Shown: positions 26,734 through 39,975 of the stretch, piece after piece | How positions within the stretch are numbered: the stretch's first letter is position 1 | How the letters are laid out: each line of letters begins with the position of its first letter | Assembly: GCF_963921235.1 (NCBI RefSeq) | Contig: NC_086097.1 | Coordinates: 183,460,001 to 183,524,000, forward strand | Length of the DNA: 64,000 bases | Source: Mobula hypostoma | Lineage: Eukaryota | Direction of reading: 5' to 3' | Notes under the pieces: model-generated | Told to the model about the DNA's origin: nothing | The model's database searches: none | The model's input: only the letters and a program-made list of their open reading frames with translations | Program-made: the position numbers and the translations under genes

Positions 26734-27866
26734 CTTATGAAGTACAAGAAATGCAAGAGAACACCTAAGAAAGAAGTCAAAAGTGCTAAAGGAAGGAATG
26801 AGGTTGCCCTAGCAGACAAGATGAAGCAGAATCCTAAGGGATTCTACAGATATGTTAAGAGTAATAGGATTGCAAGAAACAGAATTGGTCATCTGGAAAA
26901 TCAGAATGGTAATCTATGCATGGAGCCAAAAGAGTTGGGGGAAATCTAGAATGGGAGGCAAGCGCAGAAAATGCAAGGGCTCTAGCAGAAATATTTAAAT
27001 CATCCTTAGCAGTAGGTGAGGTACTGGAAGATTGGAGGATAGCCAATGTTGTTCCGCTGTTTAAGAAAGGCTCTAAAAATAAAGCAGGAAATCATACACT
27101 GGTGGACCTGACATCAGTAGTGGGAAAGTTATTGGAAGGGTACAGATATATGAGTATTTGGATAGACATGGACTGATTAGGGATAGCCAGCATGGTTTTG
27201 TTCGTGGTAGATCATGCCAAACTAATCTTAGTTTTTTTTGAGGAAGAAAATTGATGACAACAAAGCTGTGTATGTTGTCTAAATGGACTTTAGCAAGGCA
27301 TTTGACAAGGTCTCGCTTGTGAGGTTGGTCAAGAAGGTTCAGTCGCTTGGAATTCAAGATGAGGTAGTAAATTGATTAGACATTGGCTTTGTGGGAGAAA
27401 CCAGAAAGTGGTTGTAGATGATTGCCTCTCTCACTGGAGGCCTGTGATTAGTAGAGTGCTGCAGGGATTGGTGCCGGGTCCATTATTGTTTATCATCCAT
27501 ACCAGTGATTTAAATGATAACACAGTTAACCAGATCAGGATGGCAAATTTGCAGATGGCACCAATATTGGTGGTGTAGCAGGCAGCGACAAAGACCATCA
27601 GAGCTTGCAGTGGGATCTGGACTAGCTGGAAAAATGGGCTGAAAAATAATAGATGGAATTTATTGCAGACAAGTGTGAGGTGTTGCATTTTGGTCGGACC
27701 AACCAGGGCAGGCCTTACATAGTGAATGGTAGGGCAATCAGGACCGTGATAGAACGAAGGAATCTGGGAATACAGTTCTATAATTCATTGAAAGTGGAGG
27801 CACAGGCAGATAAGGTCGTAAAGAAAGCTTTTGGCACATTGGCCTTCATAAACCAAAGTATTGAAT

Positions 27867-28673
27867 TGTTGGCCAAAAAAGAACTAGTCTACAAATCAGT
27901 GGATTCCAATGAATCAAGGACAATGAAGGTAGATAAGCCGATTGTTTTTGTTCTTGCCATGTGCTTGAAGGAGATGGAAACAGTCAATTTGTGAGACTCT
28001 CCTTACAGTCCTTTGTGAACTGAACTGATTCTTGCTCTGGGATAATGCTATCAGAGAAATCGAATGTGGACGCAAGTTATTTCAGCTAATGACTTGCTAA
28101 ACCCTAGATCATTCTCATACAAGTAACTATTTATTAGGTAAAGTGACAGGCTTGCTGGAGAAGCAATCTGTAATCTCATTAGACTCAGTGTCTTGGTCAC
28201 CTAATTTAACCGGCTTGAACCAGAGGTGGAAGGAACAGAGACACAAGGCGGAGGGCAGAGACCATCGAACAAGGTTGGTTGTAGCCCTTGACCAGAACCA
28301 GTATGGTGACCCAGAAAGGTCAGGTGACCTTGCACCAACGTGACGGAGATCCATTAGCGCAAGTGATGAGGAACATTATAAGAGTTAAGAGCTTCAAATA
28401 CAAAGCGGCAATAACTCTCAGAGATCAACCATCGCAGAAGTAGAGATCGGGTCCATGAGGAATGCTTGGCCAGTGTAGACTCCTCTCCCGGGTAGTACAT
28501 TTTCTCTTCAGTGACTGTTCATGGAAGGTCAGGGAACCATAGTGGGTGTGCACACAGTTAGTTTGTGAACTCACAGGCATTTTTGTTGAGACAATAAAGG
28601 TTACTTGTCGACAAATAGAGATTCTCTCCATGTCTCTCTGATCATTATTACTAAGGGCTGGATCCTTATAAGA
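27867..28673 (+). mobile_element. Solo LTR (ERV1- or Gypsy-type)
   Basis: 807-bp insert in CR1 with a 4-bp TSD GAAT. Starts TGTT and ends TAAGA (expected CA is mutated). TATAA near 28377 and AATAAA at 28593. Confidence 0.7.
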
Positions 28674-28709
28674 GAATGCAGGAGATAGGATGTTATGTCC
28701 AAGTTACAC

Positions 28710-30400
28710 AAGGTTTCTTCGGTATTCACCAAGGAGAAGGATATTGAATTGTGTAAGGTAAAGGAAACAAGAAGGGTAGTTATGGAAAGTATGACGATTA
28801 AAGAAGAGGAAGTACTAGCGCTTTTAAGGAATATAAAAGTGGATAAGTCTCCAGGTATGGACAAGATATTCCCTAGGACCTCAAGGGAAGTTAGTGTGGA
28901 AATAGCAGGGGCTCTGACAGAAATATTTCAAATGTCATTAGAAACGGGGATGGTGCCGGAGGATTGGTATATTGCTCATGTGGTTCCATTGTTTAAAAAG
29001 GGTTCTAAGAGTAAACCTAGCAATTATCGGCCTGTGAGTTTGACGCCAGTGGTGGGTAAATTGATGGAAAGTATTCTTAGATATGGTATATATAATTATC
29101 TGGATAGACAGGGTCTGATTAGGAACAGTCAACATGGATTTGTGCGTGGAAGGTCATGTTTGACAAATCTTATTGAATTTTTTGAAGAGGTTACTAGGAA
29201 AGTTGACGAGGGTAAAGCAGTGGATGTTGTCTATTTGGACTTCAGTAAGGCCTTTGACAAGGTTCCACACGGAAGGTTCAATTGTTAGGCATTAATATTG
29301 AAGTAGTAAAATGGATTCAGCAGTGGCTGGATGGGAGACGCCAGAGAGTAGCGGTGGATAACTGTGCGTCAGATTGGAGGACGGTGTGTAGTGGTGTGCC
29401 TCAGGGACCTGTACCGGGTCCAATGTTATTTGTCATATATATTAATGATCTGGATGATGGGGTGGTAAATTGGATTAGTAAGTATGCAGATGATACTAAG
29501 ATAGGTGGCGGTGCGGATAATGAAGTAGGTTTTCAAAGCTTGCAGAGAGATTTAGGCCAGTTAGAAGAGTGGGCTGAAAGATGGCAGATGGAGTTTATGC
29601 TGAAAAATGTGAGGTGCTACATTTTGGTAGAACTAATCAAAATAGGACATACATGGTAAATGGTAGGGCATTGAAGAATGTAGCAGAACAGAGGGATCTA
29701 GGAATAATGGTGCATAGTTCCCTGAAGGTGAAATCTCATGTGGATAGGGTGGTGAAGAAAGCTTTTGGTATGCTGGCCTTTATTAATCAGATCATTGAGT
29801 ATAGGAGTTGGGATGTAATGTTGAAATTGTATAAGGCATTGGTAAGGTCAAATTTGGAGTACTGTGTACAGTTCTGGTCACCGAATTATAGGAAAGATGT
29901 CAATAAAATTGAGAGAGTACAGAGGAGGTTTACTAAAATGTTCCCTGGGTTTCATCTCCTAAGTTACAGAGAAAGGTTGACAAGTTTGGTCTTTATTCTT
30001 TGGAGCGTAGAAGGTTGAGAGGGGACTTGATAGAGGTGTTTAAAATTATGAGGGGGATTTATAAGAGTTGACGTGGATAGGCTTTTTCCATTGAGAGTAG
30101 GGGAGATTCAAACAAGAGGACATGAGTTGAGAGTTAACGGGCAAAAGTTTAGGAGTAACATGAAGGGGAACTTCTTTACTCAGAAAGTGGTGGCTGTGTG
30201 GAATGAGCTTCCAGCAGAAGTGGTTGAGGCAGGTTCGACGTTGTCGTTTAAAGTTAAATTGGATAGATATACGGACAGGAAGGGAATGGAGGGTTATGGA
30301 CCGAGTGCAGGTCGGTGGGACTAGGTGAGAGCAGGAGTTCGGCACGGACTAGAAGGGCTGAGATGGCCTGTTTCCATGCTGTAATTGTTATATAGTTATA
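28710..30400 (+). mobile_element. Younger CR1, 5'-truncated
   Basis: Long RT frames with GVPQG and KYADDTK. Intact 3' tail. Confidence 0.92.
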
Positions 30401-31756
30401 AGATGCTGGTGCAGGCTAATCTTAAGTATTGTGTGCAGTTTTGGTCACCAACCTACAGGAAAGATGTAAATGAGTTTGAAAGAGTATAGAGAAAATTTAC
30501 AAGGATGATGCTGGGACTAGAGGACCTCAATTATAAGGAAAGATTGAATAGGTTACTCCTTGGAACATAGAAGACTGGGAGGAAATTTGATAGAGGTATA
30601 CAAAATTATGAGGGATATAGATAGTGTAAATACAGACAGGTTTTTTCCACTGGGGTTGGGTGGGACAACTAGAAGTCATGGGTTAAGGGAGAAAGCTGAA
30701 AAGTTTAAGGGGAACATGAGGGGAAACTTCAGAGATTCATGAGAGTGTGGAATAAGCTACCACTGTAAGTGGTGCATGCGAATTCAATTTCCGTGTATAA
30801 GTTTGGAAAGTTACATGGTTGGCAGAGGTATGGAGAGCTATGATCCAAGTGCAGGTAGATGGGAGTTGGCAGTTTAAATGGTTTGACGTGAACTAGATGG
30901 GCCGAAGGGCCGTGCCTGTGCTGTAGTTTTCTCTGGCTCCAACGTATAAATCTTAATTGTTTCTTTGAGCTTTCTTTGTAGAAGTGTTGTCTACAAGAAA
31001 TTGGGTTTAAAAACTACTGAGATCGTACGAGTCGGTTTATTTTTAAATGCCTTTAAAATATTACAGCGCGTTAAGCCTGTTGAGTGAAGAATCTGTATCG
31101 CACCAATAACTGGTACCCTATTGATGTCATTATGCGGGTCTGATAAATGGTTCAGTCTGATTAAGAGCAGGAGAGATAACCACTACCTGAAGTTTGCGAT
31201 AAGTGCAGAGAACTCCGGTTCAGGGAAGGAAGGTTGATCTCTCAAATGAAACCACGTCCATTAAATCTAACGGCAAATGGGGATCCTCCCGGAATTTTGG
31301 AGTGCAGTGCTCCAAGATTCCTTGTCATTAAGATAAACAGGTAGAAAATTCTAGGCGCTCTATTCTGGAATTTATTTCAAATCCAAAGGCAGAGATTTCA
31401 GCCATATTGGCCACTTCACCACTGCACTTGGAATAAAAACTACTGCGTTTATTATTTGAGATAACGCGCGGAATAGGCTCTTCGAGACGCGCCGCCCAGC
31501 AACCCGCGATTTAACCCTAGCCTAATCACGGGACAGTTTACAAATATTAATCGGTACGTCTTTGGTACGTGGGAGGAAACTGGAGCACCAGGAGAAAATG
31601 CTATTCCTTCGTGAATAGCATTAACGGTTGTAGCTGCCAGACCACCCCCGCCTGACCTACGCTCCGGCAGCGGAGAGACTAGGCCTGTAACGAAGCCTCG
31701 CATTTTCCTACGGATAAAAATGGAATCGTTACTTCCCAGGATGAGGGAGGTCTTAC

Positions 31757-31791
31757 CTTGCTCGCGTGTCCTGGTCACGGGCCTGGAACAT
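31757..31791 (-). CDS. CIBAR1: CIBAR1/FAM92A-like coding exon 1 (MFQARDQDTRA+AG)
   Basis: ATG at 31791 in a CpG-rich region. The 35-nt coding part ends AAG|GTAAGA (phase 2) and joins exon 2 in frame. Confidence 0.8.
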
Positions 31792-31893
31792 GACGGCTCC
31801 CCCTTGAGGAGCTGAGGAGAGGAGGCCGGGCCTCGACCGACCAGCGCCAACGGGAGTGAGGCTGCACTACTCAAACCGGGGCCGAGTCCCACC

Positions 31894-31907
31894 GTTACCA
31901 TAGCAGC
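31894..31907. promoter_or_regulatory. RFX X-box-like motif
   Basis: GTTACC-AT-AGCAGC, one mismatch from GTYNCC-AT-RGYAAC, about 100 bp upstream of the ATG of a ciliary gene. Confidence 0.65.
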
Positions 31908-34850
31908 CGCCGGCGCCGACAGCCGTGCGGGCCACCCGGGACGCAGACCCGTGCTGATGACTGAACGAGCCTAGGCGGAGCGAACTGCCAACGACTCCTT
32001 ATTAACTACTGCAGTGACGACAGTAAAATCACATACTGCTCTCAATTTTTTTAAAAAAGTGTTTTTTGACAGGTCTCGTAATTTTCACGAGTATTGAGCG
32101 AATTAATGTCCTAAAGAAACGCAACACAGGAACACCTCCAGTAGCTCCCGACCATTATTCCCACTAATTCTCCCCGCATTCCTATCAACTTTGGATATTC
32201 CACCACATATCAATAAAGTAGGGGATATTTGTATTGTATTAAAATTCCGGAGCAGCCAGAGGAATCCCATGCGGCCACCGGGAGAATGCGCCAACTGTAC
32301 GGACAGAACTCGAGGTCAAGTCGGAATCCAGTCGGGACTCTGGAGCTGTGATTCTACTAAACTCACCTTTATTTTGTAATATGCAAGGTCCCAAATCGTA
32401 AGGTCATCTCATAACTTTCGAGCTTTTTGTAACTGTAGGAACGTGATAAGAATCAAAATAATTTTGTTTTACATAAGATAAGGAAAACTATTCCCCCCAA
32501 CTTTCCTAACTCGTCTGCTGACTTTGATACAATTGATAACCCTCTTCCTTCTGTATCTTAAATCCACTGCGCACCTGTACGGCACTACCTTTCCTGATGA
32601 AGGGGCTCAGTCCGAAATGTCAGCTCTTTATTCCCCAGTCTTAATTGCTGCATTCCTTCAGTATTCTTAACATTTCCAGCATCTGCAGAATCTCTTGTGT
32701 TTATAGTATTAGCTGTTGATATCATCATTTTTTGTTGTAAGAAGTTAGGAAGTGTATCAGTGACTATCATACAATCTACCAAGTGTATTTTTTAGGCACA
32801 AACATATAAGCTGAGTTCTAAATAATGATTATTGGTAGCTGATTAATGTGAATGTATTAAGCATTGCACCTAGGCTAATAATGGCATCGGTAAGATACTG
32901 TATTTAAAGATGCAATCACTGACTATGACACCTTGTGTTAGATTATTAAACCCTTCCCTGCATTGATTTCAGCGGTTTCTGTTTCTCACTTCTCTATTTT
33001 GCGCAAGAACCCGGAGGGCATCCATCTCTCTCATATTCCGCTCCCGAATCAAGACATCAAATGGCGATTATGAAATAGTTTTTAAAGCTGCCATATCAGA
33101 TTATCAGTCATTGTTTTCTCTCACAGAGCAAATTCACTTGCACAATGACTCCCAACAGCAATTATGCACAATGCATAGTTTATTTTATTAGATTAGCTTT
33201 ACACATTGCTGACCACTCACAATATCAAGTACCCTGCTGAAGTGATAATAGCATTGATGAAAGGTGGAAGACTGCATGCAACAATCTTGATACTATGCAA
33301 GCAGGCTGAGGCTGAACACTACCTACATTACACAGAGCTAATAAGGCTGTACATATCCAAATTGCTGTACCCACCCTCCACCCAATTTTTCAGAACAAAA
33401 CAAGTTTGTTGCCTAACAACATTAATGCATATTGTCCCTGTAGTGGAAATAGTGCTACACCTGCCCATTCACCTCCTCCTTTACATTCAGTCCCTCCATT
33501 AGACAGAGGAGCAGAATTAGGCCATTTGGCCCATCAAGTTTACTCTACCATTTCATCATGGCTGGTCCATTTCCCTCTCGCTACCATTGTCCTGCCTTCT
33601 ACTTGTAATCTTTCACTCCCTGACTAATGAAGAACCTCTCATTCTTCGGCTTAAATACACCCAATGATCTGGTCTCCACAGCTGCGTGTGGCAACAAATT
33701 CTACAGTTTCAGTACCCTCTGGCTAAAGAAATTCCCCCTCATTTCCATACTAAATGGGTATCCCTCTATTCTGAGGCTGTGGCCTCTGATCCTAGATTCT
33801 CTCACTTAGAAAATATCCTTTCCACATCCACTCTATCTGGGCCTTTCAACATTTGATGGGTTTCAAAGAGTTTTCCCCTCATTCTTCAAAATTCCAATGA
33901 GTACAAGCCCAGAGCCATCAATCGCTCCTCATACAATATGAGGTCCTATTCCAGAATCATTCTCGTGAACCTCCTCTGAACCCTCTTCAACGTCAGCACA
34001 TCCTTTCTGAAATAAGGGATCCGTAACTGTTCACAATACTCCAAGTGAGGCCTTATAAACCCTCAGCATTATATCATTGCTTTTATATTCTAGTCCTCTT
34101 GAAATGAATGCCAACATTGCATCTGCCTTTCTCACCACTGACTCAACCTGCAAATTAACCTTTAGGGAATCCTACACGAGCACTCCCAAGTCCCTTTGCA
34201 CCTATAATTTTTGGTTTATCTCCCCGTTTAGTAAATGGTCTAAGCCTTCATTTCTTTTACCATATAATTCCCGATACTATATTCCATCTGCCACTTCTTT
34301 GCCCATTCTTCTAATCTATCTAAGTCCTTCTGCAGCCTCCCTGCTTCCTGAACACTGCCTGCCCACCACTTACTTTTGTATTGTCCGTAAACCTGGCCAC
34401 AAAGCCATCAATTCCATCATTAAAATCATTGACATACTACCTATGTACTTAACCCTGCAGTACATCTCATGTCTCTGGCAACCAGTCAGATAAGGCTTTC
34501 TTTATTCCCACTTTTTGCCTCTTGCCGATCAGCCAATGCCCTATCCATGCTGGTATCTTTCTTGTAATACCATGGGCTCTTACCTTGTTAAGCAGTTTCA
34601 TGTGTGGCACCTTGTCAAAGGCCTGGAAATCCAACTACACAACATCCATCAATTCTCTTTTGTCTATCCTGCTTGTTTCTTCTTATTTCTTCAAAGAGTT
34701 CCAGCAGATTTGTCAGGCAAACTTTTCCCTTAAGGAAACCATGCTGACTTTGGCCTATTTTATCATGTGCCTCCAAGTACACCAAATCCACATCTTTACC
34801 AATCAACACCAACATTTTCCCAACCACTGAGGTCAGGCTAACTGGTCTAT

Positions 34851-36080
34851 TCCTCTTCTCACCCTGTCTCTTGCAAAAACGCCATCCCCTTCTCGCAATT
34901 CCTCCGTCTCCGCCGCATCTGCTCTCAGGATGAGGCTTTTCATTCTAGGACGAGGGAGATGTCTTCATTTTTTAAAGAAAGGGGCTTCCCTTCCTCCACT
35001 ATCAACTCTGCTCTTAAACGCATCTCCCCCATTTCACGTACATCTGCTCTCACTCCATCCTCCCACCACCCCACTAGGAATAGGGTTCCCCTGGTCCTCA
35101 CCTACCACCCCACCAGCCTCCGGGTCCAACATATTATTCTCCGTAACTTCCGCCACCTCCAACGGGATCCCACCACTAAGCACATCTTCCCCTCCCCCCC
35201 TCTCTCTGCATTCCGCAGGGATCGCTCCCTACACAACTCCCTTGCCCATCCCTCCCCACTGATCTCCCTCCTGGCACTTATCGGTGTAAGCGGAACAAGT
35301 GCTACACATGCCCTTACACTTCCTCCCTTACCACCATTCAGGGCCCCAAACAGTCCTTCCAGGTGAGGCATCACTTCACCTGTGAGTCGACTGGGGTGAT
35401 ATACTGCGTCCGGTGCTCCCGATGTGGCCTTTTATATATTGGTGAGACCCGACGCAGACTGGGAGACCGCTTTGCTGAACATCTACGCTCTGTCCACCAG
35501 AGAAAGCAGGATCTCCCAGTGGCCACACATTTTAATTCCACATCCCATTCCCATTCTGACATGTCTATCCACGGCCTCCTCTACTGTAAAGATGAAGCCA
35601 CACTCAGGTTGGAGGAACAACACCTTATATTCCGTCTGGGTAGCCTCCAACCTGATGGCATGAACATTGACTTCTCTAACTTCCGCTAGGCCCCACCTCC
35701 CCCTCGTACCCCATCTGTTACTCATTTTTATGCACACATTCTTTCTCTCACTCTCCTTTTTCTCCCTCTGTCCCTCTGAATATACCTCTTGCCCATCCTC
35801 TGGGTCACCCCCCCCCCCTGTCTTTCTTCCCGGACCTCCTGTCCCATGATCCTCTCGTATCCCCTTTTGCCTATCACCTGTCCAGCTCTCGGCTCTATCC
35901 CTCCCCCTCCTGTCTTCTCCTATCATTTTGCATCTCCCCCTCCCCCTCCAGCTTTCAAATCCCTTACTCACTCTTCCTTCAGTTAGTCCTGACGAAGGGT
36001 CTCGGCCTGAAACGTCGACTGCACCTCTTCCTATAGATGCTGCCTGGCCTGCTGCGTTCACCAGCAACTTTGATGTGTGT
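34851..36080 (+). mobile_element. Penelope-like element, 5'-truncated: RT C-terminus, GIY-YIG endonuclease and pLTR
   Basis: VIYCVRCSRCGLLYIGETRRRLGDRFAEH. TGGTCTAT duplicated at 34843 and 36081. Confidence 0.93.
35985..36020 (+). ncRNA. Minimal type I hammerhead ribozyme motif (Penelope)
   Basis: AGTC-CTGACGA-AGGGTCTCGGCCT-GAAA-CG-TC^GACT. Palindromic ACGT stem III, predicted cleavage after C36016. Confidence 0.8.
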
Positions 36081-36334
36081 TGGTCTATAATTTTGTTACT
36101 TCTGCCTCCCTCTCTTCTTGAAGAGTGGAGTGACATTTACAATTTTTCAGTCCTCCTGAACCGTCCAGATTCTTGAAAGACCATTACTAATGCCTTCACA
36201 ATCTTGTCAGCCACCTGTTTAAGAACACTGGGTTGTAGACCATCTGTCCAGGTGATTTATCTACCTACTGATCTTTCAGTTTCTCAAGCACCTTCTCCCT
36301 AGTAATGGAAACTTCTGCCCCCGACACTCAAACT

Positions 36335-39300
36335 CATAGAAACATAGAAAACCTACAGTACAATACAGGCCCTTTGGCCCACAAAGCTGTGCCAAACATG
36401 TCCTTAGAAATTACCTAGGGTTACCCATAGCCCTCTATTTTTCTAAGCTCCGTGTACCCGTCCAGGAGTCTCATAAAAGACGCTATCGTATGCACCTCCA
36501 CCACTGTTGCCAGCAGCCCATTCCACGCACTCACCACTCTCTGCTTAAAAAAATTACCCCTGACATCTCCTCTGTACCTACTTCCAAGCAACTTAAAACT
36601 GTGCCTTCTCGTGCTAGCCATTTTAGGCCTGGGAATAAGCCTCTGACTATCCACACGATCAATGCCTCTCATCATCTTATACACCTCTATCAGGTCACTT
36701 CTCAGCCTCCATCGCTCCAAGGAGAAAAGGCTGAGTTCACCCAACCTATTCTCATAAGGCATGCTCCCCAATCCAGTCAACATCCTTGTAAATCTCTTCT
36801 GCACCCTATCTATGGTTTCCATGTCCTTCCTGTAGTGAGGAGACCAGAATTGAGCACAGTACTCCAGGGTCCTGTATAGCTGCAACATTACCTCTCAGCT
36901 CCTAAACTGAATCCCACAATTGATGAAGGCCAATGTACCAAATGCCTTTTTAACCACAGAGTCAACCTGCACAGCAGCTTTAGTGTCCTATGGACTCAGA
37001 CCCCAAAATCCCTCTGATCCGCCACACTGCCAAGAGTCTTAATATTAGTACTATATTCTGCCATCATATTTGACCTACCAAAATGAACCACTTCACACTT
37101 ACCTGGGTTGAACTCCATCCTGCCACTTCTCAGCCCAATTTCGCATCCTATCGATGTCCCACTGTAACCCCTGACAGCCCTCCACACTATCCACAACACC
37201 CCCAACCTTTGTGTCATCAGAAAGTTTACTAACCCATCCTTCCACTTCCTCATCAGGTCATTTATAAAAATCATGAAGAGTAGGGGTCCCAGAACAGATC
37301 TCTGAGGCACATCACTAGTCACCAACCTCCATGCAGAATATGACCCAGCTACAACCACTCTGCCTTTTGTGGGCAAGCCACAGAGCAATGACCCTTAGAT
37401 CCCATGCCTCCTTACTTTCTCAATAAGCCTTGCATGGGGTACCTTATCAAAATCCATATACACCACATCTACTATCTTCATCATCCTCAAAAAATTTTAT
37501 CAGGCTCGATGTTCATAACTCCTGCCTCTCAGGATCTTCTCCATCAACTTACCAACCACTGAAGTAAGACTCACTGGTCTATAATTTCCTGGGCTAGCTA
37601 TACTCCCTTTCTTGAATAGGGGAACAACATCCACAACCCTCCAATCCTCCGGAATCTCTCCCGTCCCCATTGATGATGCAAAGATCATTGCCAGAGGCTC
37701 AGCATTCTCCTCTCTCACCTCCCACAGTAGCCTGGGGTACATCTCATCCAGTCCCAGTGACTTATCCAACTTGATGCTTTCCAAAAGCTCCAGCACATCC
37801 TCTTTCTTAATACCGACATGCTCAAGCTTTTTAGTCCTCTGTAAGTCATCCCTACAGTCACCAAGATCCTTTCCGTAGCGAATACTGAAGCAAAGTATTC
37901 ATTAAGTACCGCTGCTATCTTCTCCGGTTCCATACACACTTTTCCACAGTCACACTTGATTGGTCCATTCTCTCATGTCTTATCCTCTTGCTCTTCTCAT
38001 ACTTGTAGAAAGCCTTGGGGTTTTCCTTAATCCTGTCCGCCAAGGTCATCTCATGGCTCCTTCTGGCTCTCCTAATTTCATTCTTAAGCTCCTTCCTGCT
38101 AGCCTTATTATCTTCTAGATCTCTATCATTACCTAGTTTTTTGAACCTTTCGTAAACTTTTCTTCTTGACTAGATTTACAACAGTCTTTGTCATCACCAT
38201 GGACGCACGCAAGGATATGCAGACACACACGCACAGACTCGCACGCACAGACGTGCACACACAGACGCACACACACAGACTCGCACGCACGCAGGCACAC
38301 GTCAAAAAAAAAGCAATAGTCTTTGTGCACCACGGATCTTGTACCCTACCGTCCTTTCCCTGTTTCATTGGAACGTACCTACTCAGAACCCCACGCAAAT
38401 ATCCCCTGAACATTTGCCACATTTCTTCTGTATGTTTCCCTGAGAACATCTGTTCCCAATTTATACTTCCAAGTTCCTGTCTGATAGCCTCATATTTCCC
38501 CTTACTCCAATTAAACATTTCCCTAACTTGTCTGTTCCTATCCCTCTCCAATGCTATGGTAAAGGAGATGAAATTGTGATCACTATCTCCAAAATGCTCT
38601 CCCACTGAGAGATGTGACACCTGACCACGTTCATTTCCCAATACCAGATCAAATACAGCCTCTCCTCTTGTAGGCTTATCTACATATTGTGTCAAGAAAC
38701 CTTCCTGAACACACCTAACAAGCTGCACCCTATCTAAACCCCTTGCTCTAGGGAGATGCCCATCAGTATTTGGGAAATTTAAATTTCCCATCACGACAAC
38801 CCTGTTATTATTACACCTTTCTAGAATCTGTCTCCCTCTCTGCTCCTTGATGTCCCTGTTACTATTGGGTGGTCTATAGTAAACACCCAGTAGAGTTATT
38901 GACCACTTCCTGTTCCTAACTTCCACCCACAGAGACTCAGTAGACAATCCCTCCATGACTTCCTCTTTTTCTGCCACGCCCCCACCTCTTTTCCCTCCCT
39001 TCCTGTCCTTTCTGAAACATCTAAAGCCTGGCACTCAAAGTAACCATTCCTGCCCCTGAGCCATCTAAGTCTCTGTAATGGCCACAACATCATAGCTCCA
39101 AGTACTGATCCATGCTCAAAGCTCATCCGCTTTGTTCATAATACTCCTTGTATTAAAATAAACACATCTCAGACCATCACTCTGAGTGCGTCCCTTTTCT
39201 ATCACCTGCCTATCCTCCATTTCACACTGTCTCCAAGCTTTCTCTCTTTGCGAGCCAACCACCTCTTCCTCCATCTCTTCAGTTCGGTTCCCACCCCCCC

Positions 39301-39975
39301 CCCCAGCAATTCTAGTTTAAACTCTCCCCGATAGCTTTAGCAAACTCCCCGCCAGGATATTGGCCCACCAGGATTCAAATGCAACCCATCCTTTTTGTGC
39401 AGGTCACATCTGCCCCAAAATAGGTCCCAATGATCCAGAAATCTAAATCCCTACCCCCTGCTCCAATCCCTCAGCCACACATTTATCCTCCACCTCACTC
39501 TATTCCTATACTCACTTTCACGTGGCACAGGCAGTAATCCTGAGATTACTACCTTTGAGATCCTACTTCTCAACTTCCTTCCTAACTCCCTGTCGTTTAT
39601 TTTCAGGACCTCTTCCCTTTTCCTACCTATGTCGTTGGTACCAATATGCACCATGACCTCTGGCTGTTCTCCTTCCCACTTCAGGATATTGTGGATGTGA
39701 TCAGAAACATCCCAGACCCTGGCACCTGGGAGGCAAACTACCATTTGCATTTCTTTCCTGTGTCTACAGAATCGCTTATCTGACCTCCTAACTATGGAGT
39801 TCCCTGTCACTGCTGTCATCCTCTTCCTTTCCCTACCTGTCTGAGCCACAGGGCCAGACTCTGTACCAGAAGCACGGCCACTGTTGCTACCCCCAGGTAG
39901 GCCATCCCTCCCCAAACAGTACTCAAACAGGAGTACTTACTGTTAAGGGGGGTACTTTCTAGCATCTGACTCCTG
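36335..39975 (-). mobile_element. Near full-length CR1 (ORF1 SGNH esterase, APE endonuclease, RT; disrupted)
   Basis: GNSIVR..CLPGARV..VHIGTND, YYRPPNS, GDSDHN and RT motifs. (CATAGAAA)n tail. Confidence 0.92.
38192..38313 (+). mobile_element. 5'-truncated SINE 3' end with expanded CA/CG-rich tract and A tail
   Basis: Similar to the 3' end of the SINE at 49865. TSD CAACAGTCTTTGT/CAATAGTCTTTGT. Confidence 0.75.

Larger units (their letters stand above)
25000..30940 (+). mobile_element. CR1 host element split by a hAT, a solo LTR and a second CR1
   Basis: Collinear ORF2 pieces at ~25000-25439, 26734-27866, 28674-28708 and 30400-30940. Confidence 0.85.
31440..32350. promoter_or_regulatory. CpG-rich promoter region of the CIBAR1-like gene
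   Basis: Dense CpG and high GC around exon 1, in an otherwise CpG-depleted window. Confidence 0.8.

Noticed and set aside
31452..31901. 149-aa ORF over the promoter as a separate gene
   Set aside because: It is a GC-rich open frame that runs through the exon 1 donor into a SINE. Considered only as a possible uORF.
35483..36136. 217-aa antisense ORF and similar antisense ORFs over LINEs
   Set aside because: These are shadow frames of low-complexity pLTR or RT sequence.
38129..39034. Longest ORF (301 aa) with a Cys/Val-rich tail
   Set aside because: It is a CR1 endonuclease remnant reading through an antisense SINE fragment whose 135-bp net insertion happens to keep the frame.
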